Shown one piece after another: positions 1-8,369 of a DNA stretch of 64,000 nucleotides (position 1 is its first letter; each line of letters opens with the position of its first letter). The position numbers and the translations under genes are program-made. A model generated the notes under the pieces. It saw only the letters and a list, made by a program, of their open reading frames with translations, was not told the origin of the DNA and did not search any database. The DNA lies in the NCBI GenBank assembly GCA_965223345.1, contig CBDCWG010000012.1:320001-384000 (forward strand), written 5' to 3'. The stretch is from Nitrospinales bacterium (GTDB lineage: Bacteria > Nitrospinota > Nitrospinia > Nitrospinales > VA-1).

Positions 1-330
1 GAATGCGTGGGCGTGCTGTTCATCGCCCAGGTTCTGCAAATCCCCCTGGGGCTGGAACAGCAGCTTCTGGTGGTGGGGGTCGCGCTGCTGGCGTCCATCG
101 GCACGGCGGCGATTCCGTCTGCGGGGCTGGTGATGATTTTCGTGGTGCTGGAGGCGGTGGGCATCGAAAGCGCCGAGGTTCCGTTGATCGTGGGCACGAT
201 GCTGGCCGTGGACCGGCCGCTGGACATGTACCGCGGCCTGATCAATATTTTCAGCGACGCGGTGGGAGCGATGATCATCGCCAACTCCGAAGGGGAGCTG
301 GGTCGCGAAGAGGAAGGACTGAACGAATGA
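1..330 (+). CDS. Dicarboxylate/amino acid:cation symporter (DAACS family), C-terminal fragment; 5' end is outside the window
   Basis: Frame is open from base 1. Contains SIGTAAIPSAG, VDRPLDMYR and NIFSDA, which match DAACS/GltP HP2-TM8 motifs. Confidence 0.9.
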   Translation, partial: ECVGVLFIAQVLQIPLGLEQQLLVVGVALLASIGTAAIPSAGLVMIFVVLEAVGIESAEVPLIVGTMLAVDRPLDMYRGLINIFSDAVGAMIIANSEGELGREEEGLNE

Positions 331-992
331 AAGCGGAGTTTTCACTCACCTGGAAACGCGGTTCGGGACCGGCCGTTCCCGGACGGATCTTCTGTATCGG
401 GAAAAATTACCGCCTGCACATCGCAGAATTGAACGAGAGCGATCCCGGCGAGCCGGTGGTTTTCATGAAACCGGCCGCCTGCCTGGTCGCGCCGGGAGAA
501 ACCCTGAATCTGCCCGCGCACGGAGACAGCCTGCATCACGAGGTGGAGCTGGTGCTGCTGGTGGGCAAGCGGGCGAGCCGCATCGAGGAAAGCGACGCGT
601 TGTCTCACATCGCGGGCGTCACACTGGGGATCGACCTCACGCTGCGCGACGTGCAGTCGCGCCTCAAGAAAAAAGGGCTGCCCTGGGAGATGGCCAAGGC
701 GTTCGAGCAGAGCGCGCCGCTGGGGGCGCTGGTGCCGTGCATGGCGGATCTGGATGTGAACGCGCTGGAATTCACGTTGAGCGTCAACGGCGACTGCCGC
801 CAGCGCGGACGGGTGAACGAGATGATCCATTCGATCCCGCGCATCGTCACCTTTCTGAGCGGCATCTGGACGCTGCTGCCGGGAGACCTGATCTTCACCG
901 GAACGCCCGCCGGCGTCGGACCACTGGTTTCCGGCGACCGGGTGGCGATCGCCTCGGAGGCGATCGGCGAATTCGAATGGAACGTGCGCTGA
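327..992 (+). CDS. Fumarylacetoacetate hydrolase family protein
   Basis: Motifs IFCIGKNY, FMKP, HHEVEL, DLTLRD, WEMAKAF and GDLIFTGTPAGVG. ATG at 327 overlaps the upstream stop (ATGA). Confidence 0.92.
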   Translation: MKAEFSLTWKRGSGPAVPGRIFCIGKNYRLHIAELNESDPGEPVVFMKPAACLVAPGETLNLPAHGDSLHHEVELVLLVGKRASRIEESDALSHIAGVTLGIDLTLRDVQSRLKKKGLPWEMAKAFEQSAPLGALVPCMADLDVNALEFTLSVNGDCRQRGRVNEMIHSIPRIVTFLSGIWTLLPGDLIFTGTPAGVGPLVSGDRVAIASEAIGEFEWNVR

Positions 993-1041
993 GCATCCAC
1001 GCCGGGCACCGCATCGTCGCTGAAGATGCGCCGCCGCACTG

Positions 1042-1641
1042 TCAGGCGCTGGCGATCTGGACGCGGATGTCCTGCTTGATGGTGCTGCGCAGGATGTTTT
1101 CGATGGCGCGCAGGGTGCCGGTGGCGGAGCTGGGACAGCTGCCGCAGGCGCCCTGGTAACGGATGCGCAGGGTGTCGTCCTTGAAGTCGAGGATCGTCAC
1201 GCCGCCGCCGTCCTGTGCCAGGGCCGGGCGCACCGTCTCGTCGAACACCGCATCGATCACCGCGCCTTTCTCATCGTCGGACATGCTGGGAAAATCGATC
1301 TGGTCCATCTGGGCCAAAATCGAATCGGCGTTCTTCTTCTCCACATCCTGTTCGAAAAAATGCAGGTATTCCTCGATCACATCCTCGGCGGCCTCGACCA
1401 GGATATCCAGTTGGGGATCGGGCTGGAAGGTCACCGTGACAAAATTATCCTGCAGATACAGGCTCTGCACCGGCCCCAGCGCGAACACCGCTTTGGCGAA
1501 CGGATCGCTATCCGCCTCTTCCTCAGAGGCGAACGACCGGGTGCCGGAACCGATGACACTCTTATTCAAAATGTATTTGAAGGCGTTGGGATTGGGCGTC
1601 ATCTCCGTGTCCACCACTTCAAATTTTTTTTCTTCGCTCAT
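1042..1641 (-). CDS. NfuA/NifU-family Fe-S carrier (Nfu N-terminal domain + NifU C-terminal domain)
   Basis: N-terminal TPNPNAFKY. C-terminal VRPALAQDGGG and YQGACGSCPSSATGTL (CxxC). Confidence 0.92.
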   Translation of the reverse strand: MSEEKKFEVVDTEMTPNPNAFKYILNKSVIGSGTRSFASEEEADSDPFAKAVFALGPVQSLYLQDNFVTVTFQPDPQLDILVEAAEDVIEEYLHFFEQDVEKKNADSILAQMDQIDFPSMSDDEKGAVIDAVFDETVRPALAQDGGGVTILDFKDDTLRIRYQGACGSCPSSATGTLRAIENILRSTIKQDIRVQIASA

Positions 1642-1823
1642 GTTCGGCTCGTCTCTTTCATAGGATTATCCCCCTGCCCTCAGCGGCAAGGGGCCGCGCC
1701 GGGCGTGGAGTCCGCTTCCCTCCCTGCATCGCAGTGCGGCGCAATACAGCTAAGATGGCGTTTTGTGAATTTGGGTTCAAAAAACCCGGGACCTGCCCGC
1801 CCCGAAGGATCCGTCCTGGAATT

Positions 1824-2258
1824 TCATTCGCTGGCTTGCAGCCCGCACAGCGGTTTGCTGCGTGCCGGTTCGGCCAGCAATTCCGCGACCGTGGTTTCCT
1901 GGTAGGCATTTTCGATGCGTTCCTGAGCCTGGTTGATCCGTTTGTGCAGCGGGCACAGGTTGGTTCCGTGCTCGTCCAGATCGAGCGGGCACCGTTCAAT
2001 GCGGCGGACCGGATCGACCGCATTGATCACCTGCAAAAGGTTCAGCCGATCGGGCGCTTGAGCCAGGACGAACCCTCCGTGCAGGCCGCGTTGCGAACGG
2101 ACGATCCCGGCCTTGCCCAGCGCCTGCAGAACCTTCGAGAGGTAGCTCGCCGGCACGCGTGTCACCGCAGCGATCTGCGGCGTGGTGAGGGGTGTGTCCG
2201 GGTAGGCGGCCAGACAGACCACCGACCGGAGTGCATATTCCGCTGTTTGAGAGATCAT
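1824..2258 (-). CDS. Rrf2 family transcriptional regulator
   Basis: MISQTAEYALR, YLSKVLQ and VRSQRGLHGGF (winged HTH). C-terminal C-x6-H-x4-C. Start placed at ATG 2258. Confidence 0.93.
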   Translation of the reverse strand: MISQTAEYALRSVVCLAAYPDTPLTTPQIAAVTRVPASYLSKVLQALGKAGIVRSQRGLHGGFVLAQAPDRLNLLQVINAVDPVRRIERCPLDLDEHGTNLCPLHKRINQAQERIENAYQETTVAELLAEPARSKPLCGLQASE

Positions 2259-2283
2259 GTTTTTTTCACTTCGCACAATTTCA

Positions 2284-2305
2284 GGATATCTGGATCTTGA
2301 CATCC
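2284..2305. promoter_or_regulatory. Candidate Rrf2 operator, copy 1 (GGAT-N5-GATC-N5-ATCC)
   Basis: GGATATCTGGATCTTGACATCC lies directly upstream of the rrf2 start and shares its frame with the palindrome at 2339. Confidence 0.6.
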
Positions 2306-2338
2306 AATTATAGGACCTTTATATTGAAAATACAATAA

Positions 2339-2360
2339 GGATAAAAAGATCTTTTTATCC
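2339..2360. promoter_or_regulatory. Candidate Rrf2 operator, copy 2 (perfect 22-bp palindrome)
   Basis: GGATAAAAAGATCTTTTTATCC is self-complementary and sits between the divergent rrf2 and ric genes. Confidence 0.7.
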
Positions 2361-2425
2361 ATAAATAGCCGAAAACGAGAAATGCTAACAATTTCAATCA
2401 AATACAAACAGGGAGGGTTTTTGCG

Positions 2426-3124
2426 ATGAAAACACACCTTTCTCCAGACGACACCGTCAACGATTTTGTCAAACAGGACATGCAACGGGCCGCGGTCTTC
2501 GAGGCATTGGGCATCGACGCCTGCTGCGGCGGGCATAAATCCCTGGCCGAGGCCTGCGCGGAAAAGGGGCTGAACGCCCAGGAAGTCCTGGCCCGATTGC
2601 AGCCGGCCGGGGAAGTCGAGGCACAGGCCCCCTTCGATGCGCAAAGCGCCAGCGCCGGGGAGCTGGCCGATCACATCGAAGCCACCCACCACAGCTATCT
2701 GAAGCAGGCCCTGCCGCGGCTGACCGCTCTGATCGAAAAAGTGATCCAGGCGCATGCGGCGCGGCATCCGGAACTGATCGATCTGGGAAAATCGTTCGCC
2801 GCGCTGCGCGCCGATCTCGAGCCGCACCTGTTGAAGGAAGAACGCGTGCTATTTCCCATGATCCGCAACCGGGAAAACCCGGGAGCCGGGACCGGCGGTT
2901 TGCCCGCAACGCTCGCGGCGCCCATCCGCGTCATGCGGGCGGAGCACGACCGGACCGTGCAGCTGCAAAACCGGATCCGGGAACTCTCGCAGAATTTCAC
3001 GGCGCCCGCCGACGCCTGCACCAGCTATGCGCAGTTGATGAACGAGCTCGAGGTTCTGGATGCGGATCTCACAACACACATCCACAAGGAAAACGACATC
3101 CTGTTTGCCGGACTCGCAAATTGA
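2426..3124 (+). CDS. ric: Iron-sulfur cluster repair di-iron protein (Ric/YtfE/ScdA)
   Basis: N-terminal GIDACCGG (ScdA_N). Hemerythrin-like motifs HHSYL, HLLKEERVLFP, MRAEHD and HIHKENDILF. Confidence 0.95.
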   Translation: MKTHLSPDDTVNDFVKQDMQRAAVFEALGIDACCGGHKSLAEACAEKGLNAQEVLARLQPAGEVEAQAPFDAQSASAGELADHIEATHHSYLKQALPRLTALIEKVIQAHAARHPELIDLGKSFAALRADLEPHLLKEERVLFPMIRNRENPGAGTGGLPATLAAPIRVMRAEHDRTVQLQNRIRELSQNFTAPADACTSYAQLMNELEVLDADLTTHIHKENDILFAGLAN

Positions 3125-3237
3125 ACGGCAGTGCGAATGCACCCGATGAATCATTGCAGGATCGTTTTGCTTGCATGGGAAACTGGAAATTCACGCGAGC
3201 CCGGTGGCACCCGTTGAAGTTCGGGACACCGCATCGG

Positions 3238-3990
3238 TTAAATTTGAATTTCCATGAGGTCCTCGGCGAGGACGAGCTCGCCGGAGTATTGCTTGCGCAC
3301 CACCTCGCTGAACTGCGCGAGGTCGCAGGGGGGATAAAAATGCGTGAGGCAGAGTTTCTTGCAGCGGGCGGCGGCGGCGATCTGCGCCGCCGGGGTCGGG
3401 GACAGATGTCCATCGAACTTTTTCTCATCCGGCATGGCGCAGTTGAGCACCAGCAGGTCGGCGTCCCGCCCCAGCTCGATGAGGGATTCGCAGTGATCGG
3501 AATCGCCGGAGATCGTCAAAACTTTTCCGCTGCGGTCGGTGAAGCGGAACGCGCGGCTGATCGGCAGGTGTTTCACCTTGCGCGTTGAAACCGTCAGCCC
3601 GCCGTAGTCGCGGGTGCTCTCGTCCTGCTCGACGACATCGACGCTGAAGTGGTCCGAATCCAGCCAGCCCTGATAAGCCTGCCGCAGCCCGTCGAAATAG
3701 GCTGTGAAGCCGGGACCGGCGACGATCTGAAGATTTTTTTTGCGCGGGTTATCCGGGTAGCGGCAGGCAAACAGAAACGGCACCAGGTCGTACATGTGGT
3801 CGGGGTGGATGTGGGTGAAAAAGATGCGGTCGATGCCGTGGTAGTCGATGCCCAGCCGCAACAGCTGATGCAGAGCGCCGTAGCCGAAATCGACCAGCGA
3901 GCGCGTGCCGCTATCCTCGATGAGAAGCGCGCTGGAATGGCGTTGCAGTGAGGGGACCATCGTCCCCGTACCGAGCAGAGTGAGTTTCAT
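3238..3990 (-). CDS. MBL-fold metallo-hydrolase, RNase Z/AtsA-like
   Basis: MKLTLLGTG, VDFG, THIHPDH (HxHxDH), SGDS, GHLSP and LTHFYP. Confidence 0.85.
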   Translation of the reverse strand: MKLTLLGTGTMVPSLQRHSSALLIEDSGTRSLVDFGYGALHQLLRLGIDYHGIDRIFFTHIHPDHMYDLVPFLFACRYPDNPRKKNLQIVAGPGFTAYFDGLRQAYQGWLDSDHFSVDVVEQDESTRDYGGLTVSTRKVKHLPISRAFRFTDRSGKVLTISGDSDHCESLIELGRDADLLVLNCAMPDEKKFDGHLSPTPAAQIAAAARCKKLCLTHFYPPCDLAQFSEVVRKQYSGELVLAEDLMEIQI

Positions 3991-4015
3991 TGCAGAGTCT
4001 GGACGAAGGGTCGTC

Positions 4016-4282
4016 TCAGTAAGAGGATTTGATGGCTTCCAGGACCGGGCCTTCGATCGGTCCCCACTTCGCCTCGGGCTTTTTGGAAACGGTGACGAAA
4101 TCGGCCATCAGAAAAACCTGGGCGACGCCGTCGATGGCGAACAGCGCCTTGGCCACTTTCGATTCCTCGGCTTCCGCGGCGTTCTTGTAGGTCTTGTGCC
4201 CGGATTCGATGGCCGGGCAATTCAATGTGTATTTCATCGCGTGTTCGTTCGGTGTGGTGGAAACCGTCACTTCAACTGCCAT
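4016..4282 (-). CDS. Stand-alone Nfu/NifU N-terminal domain protein (88 aa)
   Basis: MAVEVTVSTTPNEHAMKY...LFAIDGVAQVFLMADFVTVSK...W. Start at ATG 4282, preceded by a purine-rich RBS. Confidence 0.85.
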   Translation of the reverse strand: MAVEVTVSTTPNEHAMKYTLNCPAIESGHKTYKNAAEAEESKVAKALFAIDGVAQVFLMADFVTVSKKPEAKWGPIEGPVLEAIKSSY

Positions 4283-4326
4283 TCTTTTCCTCCCTGTGTT
4301 TGCGGTCGCAGATGGTGAACCGTTCT

Positions 4327-5523
4327 CTATTCTGTTGCCGAAGGGCTCGGCCGGAAGATGCCGAACGAGCTGGTGTAGCCGTGCAGAAACGTGGTGTCTC
4401 CCACAGGCCCGATCTCGCCGTTGCAGAAAAACCCTCCCAGCGGGATGGCCCCGAGCCGGTCCTTGAACAGATCGGTGTCGTGGTTGGGTTTGCCGTACAG
4501 GTATTGCCCGCGTCCGAGGCAGGAAAACAGCAGCGCGCCGCAGGCGTCGTCGGCGCGACCGCCCTGGTTGTAGCGGGTCAGCATCAGGTCCAGGTCCTCG
4601 GCGGACATCACTTTGTCGCGCAGGTGAAACTGCACGAGCTGGCCTTCGCGCAGCATCGCGCCGATCGCCAGCGCGCCGGATTCCCGTTCCACCCCCATCA
4701 GGTTGCGGATGAGAAAATCCCCCTGCTTGGGCTCGTCGTTCAACGGGTTCATCTCGATTCCCAGAAACAACGACGTGCGCATCAGGCCGCGGTCGTGTTC
4801 GTTCAGGGACTCGTTGATCTCCTGCAGCACTTCCAAGGGCGGGCTGCCTTCCAGTTCCTTGAGCAGGGTCTGATGGCACTTGGTGATCTTGAGCGGCTTG
4901 CCGATCGGGCGGCAACCCTGGGCGACGATGGTGTCCAGCTCGATGTTGCCGCTCAGGGCGATGCCCACCAGCCCCTGCGCGTAGACCTTGTCTTCCAGAT
5001 ACAGCGCGTTCCCGCCTTGTGACTGCGCGCCGCTGGCGAGGCCGCCGACTTTGCGGCTGCCCGGATAGGCGAAATCAATGCCGGAGAGAAATTCTTCACC
5101 GCGGAAGGAAAACGGATCGGCGAGAAAAATAAAATGCAGCGGGTTTTCCGCCGGGACGCCGAGCCATTCCCGCCACACTCCGGGGCCCGTGTCCTGGTCG
5201 GGCAGATCCATCGTGTTGGAATAGATCGGCCGGAGGGTCACACCGGGAAGGTGCGCGCTGGTCATGCTGAACGCGGGGTTCTGCTCCACTTCCTGGCCGC
5301 CGCCGATGATGCCGCCGCCGGAGCAGCCGATCAGGATGCCGGGATCCATTTTTGCGCGGATGAGGCCGGGGATCTCCCGGTAGTGTTCCTTGTAGTTGGG
5401 CGACACGAAGATGACGGTCAGGTGCGGGGCCTTGCCCGCGAGGGTTTCCTGGATGGTTTTCGTCGTCTCCGCGACGCAGTCCTCTATATTTTCATGAGTG
5501 GCGATGGTGGATGCCCATTTCAT
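4327..5523 (-). CDS. FIST N/C domain protein (NosP-like sensory protein)
   Basis: GCSGGGIIGG, DPFSF, GGLASG, VAQGCRPIG, FHLRD, FSCLGRG and GFFCNGEIGP. Confidence 0.92.
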   Translation of the reverse strand: MKWASTIATHENIEDCVAETTKTIQETLAGKAPHLTVIFVSPNYKEHYREIPGLIRAKMDPGILIGCSGGGIIGGGQEVEQNPAFSMTSAHLPGVTLRPIYSNTMDLPDQDTGPGVWREWLGVPAENPLHFIFLADPFSFRGEEFLSGIDFAYPGSRKVGGLASGAQSQGGNALYLEDKVYAQGLVGIALSGNIELDTIVAQGCRPIGKPLKITKCHQTLLKELEGSPPLEVLQEINESLNEHDRGLMRTSLFLGIEMNPLNDEPKQGDFLIRNLMGVERESGALAIGAMLREGQLVQFHLRDKVMSAEDLDLMLTRYNQGGRADDACGALLFSCLGRGQYLYGKPNHDTDLFKDRLGAIPLGGFFCNGEIGPVGDTTFLHGYTSSFGIFRPSPSATE

Positions 5524-5563
5524 GGATGACTCCTTGTGGTTCGCCCCCGCAGACGGGGGAATT

Positions 5564-7003
5564 TCAAACGACGGTGGCCGCTTTGCCGGTCAGGTGGTGC
5601 AGGAGCGACTCGGCGGTCTGCGTTCCGTTTTGAATGCAATCGGGAATTCCGATTCCCTTGTAGGCGCTGCCAGTGAGAAACAGGCCGGGTGCGGCGCTCA
5701 ACGCCTGCTGCACCGATTCGATCAACCCGGCGTGGTCCACCTGGTACTGAACGTTGGATTTTTTGTTGTGGAACACCTTCACGAACACCGGCGTCTCGTC
5801 GATGCCCATGATGTCCCTGAGGTCTTGTTGCACAAGTGCCGCGATGCGCTCCTCATCCTGCTCCGCAATCGCCTCCTGCAGCGCGCCTCCCAGATAACAG
5901 CGCAGCATGACGTGATCCTCCGGAGCCCGGTGCGGGAATTTGGAGGAGGTCCAGGTGCAGGCGAGGATGCTTTTGTTTTCGGTTTTGGGAACGACGAAGC
6001 CGAAGCCGTCCAGGGGATGGGAAAACCCCGCGCGGCGGTAGGCCAGCGTGACGGTGGCGGTGGACACGTAACGGATTTTCTGCAGCTGCGCCGCCGCATC
6101 CGGCGCCACCGGCTCGATGAGCCGGGCGGTGATGTTCGCGGGCGTGGCGAACACGACCGCGTCCGCGTCGAGGGTCAGGCCGGATTCGCACTCGATGCGC
6201 CAACCGGTTTCGCTGCGTGTGAGGGCGGTCACAGATTCTTGCGTCTTGAACGCGACATCGGGACACTGCTGCACCGCCGCATCGACCATCTCGCCGAGCC
6301 CGGATTTGAGTGTCATGAACAAGGAAAAGGGTTTTTTATTCGCCGCGCCCTTGGGTTTCGGGCGGGTGAGCATCTGACGTTTGCGCTCCAGCATTCCCAG
6401 AATGAGCGAGCGGTGTTTGCGCTCGGTCTCGACGAACATGGGGAAAGTACTCTGGATGCTCATAGTCTCCGGATCGCTGGCGTAAATGCCCGCCAGCATC
6501 GGCTCGGCCATCTTGCGCAGCGCCTCTTCGCCCATGCGGCGGCGCACGAACGAGGCGAGGCTCTCGTCCCTATCGTCGGATTTTTTCGGGATGACGAGAT
6601 CCAGTCCCATGCGCATCTTGCCGGGCAGGCTGAACAACGGCGTCAGCACGAAGGGTAAAAATTTCGTCGGAATCATGAGGCTCAGCCCGTCCGGCATGGT
6701 GACGAGCTTGTTGCCGGTGTACACGAAGGTGGCGGTCTGCTCCGGGTTGGTGCCCACGAGCCGGTCGCCGATGCCGAGACGTTTGCAGAATTCGATGGCG
6801 GCCGGTTTCTGCGAGATGAAGGAATCCGGCCCACGCTCGACCACGAATCCGTCGAACCGTTCGGTGGCGATCTTGCCGCCGAATTGCGCGGATCGCTCCA
6901 GCAGGACGCACTCCAGCGGTGCGCCCCCGGTGATGGCCTGCTGAATCCGGTGCGCCGCAGCGAGACCGGCGATCCCGCCGCCGATGATGACGATTTTTTT
7001 CAT
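5564..7003 (-). CDS. hemY: Protoporphyrinogen/coproporphyrinogen oxidase (HemY-type flavoprotein)
   Basis: IIGGGIAGLAAA, ERGPDSF, GIYA, TWTSSKFPHRAP and GIGIPDCI. Confidence 0.93.
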   Translation of the reverse strand: MKKIVIIGGGIAGLAAAHRIQQAITGGAPLECVLLERSAQFGGKIATERFDGFVVERGPDSFISQKPAAIEFCKRLGIGDRLVGTNPEQTATFVYTGNKLVTMPDGLSLMIPTKFLPFVLTPLFSLPGKMRMGLDLVIPKKSDDRDESLASFVRRRMGEEALRKMAEPMLAGIYASDPETMSIQSTFPMFVETERKHRSLILGMLERKRQMLTRPKPKGAANKKPFSLFMTLKSGLGEMVDAAVQQCPDVAFKTQESVTALTRSETGWRIECESGLTLDADAVVFATPANITARLIEPVAPDAAAQLQKIRYVSTATVTLAYRRAGFSHPLDGFGFVVPKTENKSILACTWTSSKFPHRAPEDHVMLRCYLGGALQEAIAEQDEERIAALVQQDLRDIMGIDETPVFVKVFHNKKSNVQYQVDHAGLIESVQQALSAAPGLFLTGSAYKGIGIPDCIQNGTQTAESLLHHLTGKAATVV

Positions 7004-7122
7004 GTGCTTATTATGGCAGTTTTATCAGACCGGCGCAATCGAAGCGCCCGTTTTTAGCAATGGTGTTTTTTTCGGATCGCAGCGGCCGGTTGAAAACGTC
7101 TGTCCGGCGCGCGGGATGGACT

Positions 7123-8355
7123 TCAAAGGCAGGCCGGCTGTTTTTCACCCGTCACTTTTTTGCCCGCGGAGTAGGTGGCGGCGACGAAATTTTCGCCGAA
7201 GTAATAAAACAGGTCGCGCGGGTCTTCGGTATGCAGGACGCAAAAATCCGCCCGCTGTCTCGGCAACAGCCCGCCGAACTGTTTCTCGGCGGCCAGCGCC
7301 CGCGCGGAACCGGACGTCGCCGCGGCGATCGCCTGTTCGGGCGTCATGCGATAGAGGAAAAAAGCCTGGTTGAGCACCGCCTGCATGTTGTAGGAGGGGC
7401 AGCTGCCGGGATTGCAGTCGGTGGCGAGCGCGATGGGCACGCCCGCTTCCATCAACGCCCGCACCGGCGGCAGCTTGCCGCCGCCGAGAAAAGACGTCAC
7501 GCCCGGCATGAGCACGGCCACGGTGCCGGCCAGTTTCAGGGCGCGGATGTCGCGCGGGCGGATGTGTTCGAGGTGGTCGCAGGAAACCGCGCCGTGGCGG
7601 GCGGCCTGGTAGCAGCCGCCCTGATGCGACAGTTCCTCGACGTGGGCGCGCAATTGGGAAAAGCCCAGCAGCCTGGCCTGCGCGAACAGGCGTTTGAGCT
7701 GGTTGACGGTGAACACGCCGCGCTCACAGAAAATATCCACGCCGTCGGCGAGTTCGCAGAACTCGGGCAGCGTGTCCATCACCGACTCGAAGTACTGCTT
7801 GGCGCTCATCTCCGGCGGTGCGGCGTGCGCCCCGAGGTAGGTGAGGGTGACCGGAACGCGCAGGTCTTTTTTCAGGCGCTGGCCGACGCGCAGCATCCTT
7901 TTCTCGGTTTTGACATCGAGCCCGTAGCCGGACTTGATCTCGAACGCCGTGGTGCCGAGCGTCATCATGCGGCGCATGCGTTTTTTGGCGGCGGCGTACA
8001 GAGCATCCTCGCTGGCTTTGCGCGTCGCCTTGACGGTATTCAAAATGCCGCCGCCGCTTTTGAGGATCTCCAGATACGTGTCCCCGGCGGCGCGCTGCTC
8101 CATCTCGTCCTTGCGCTCGCCCGCATAGATGAGGTGGGTGTGGCAATCGACGAATCCTGGCAGAACCGCGCGTCCTTCGAGATCGATCACTTTGGCGTGA
8201 TCGGACGGTTTTATTCCTGTGTCCTTGATCACTTTTTCCACTTTTCCCGCACGCACGATGAGGGCGCAGCGGCGGCGCGTCTGCACCCGGGGCGGCGGAC
8301 CGGGCTCCACCTGAATCAGTTGTCCGATGTTGCGAAAGCAGAGGGTGGGTTCCAT
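7123..8355 (-). CDS. hutI: Imidazolonepropionase
   Basis: PGFVDCHTHL, GGGILNTV, EIKSGYGL, DIFCE, HVEELS and ATDCNPG. Start at ATG 8355. Confidence 0.95.
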   Translation of the reverse strand: MEPTLCFRNIGQLIQVEPGPPPRVQTRRRCALIVRAGKVEKVIKDTGIKPSDHAKVIDLEGRAVLPGFVDCHTHLIYAGERKDEMEQRAAGDTYLEILKSGGGILNTVKATRKASEDALYAAAKKRMRRMMTLGTTAFEIKSGYGLDVKTEKRMLRVGQRLKKDLRVPVTLTYLGAHAAPPEMSAKQYFESVMDTLPEFCELADGVDIFCERGVFTVNQLKRLFAQARLLGFSQLRAHVEELSHQGGCYQAARHGAVSCDHLEHIRPRDIRALKLAGTVAVLMPGVTSFLGGGKLPPVRALMEAGVPIALATDCNPGSCPSYNMQAVLNQAFFLYRMTPEQAIAAATSGSARALAAEKQFGGLLPRQRADFCVLHTEDPRDLFYYFGENFVAATYSAGKKVTGEKQPACL

Positions 8356-8369
8356 GCGGCTCCTTATGT

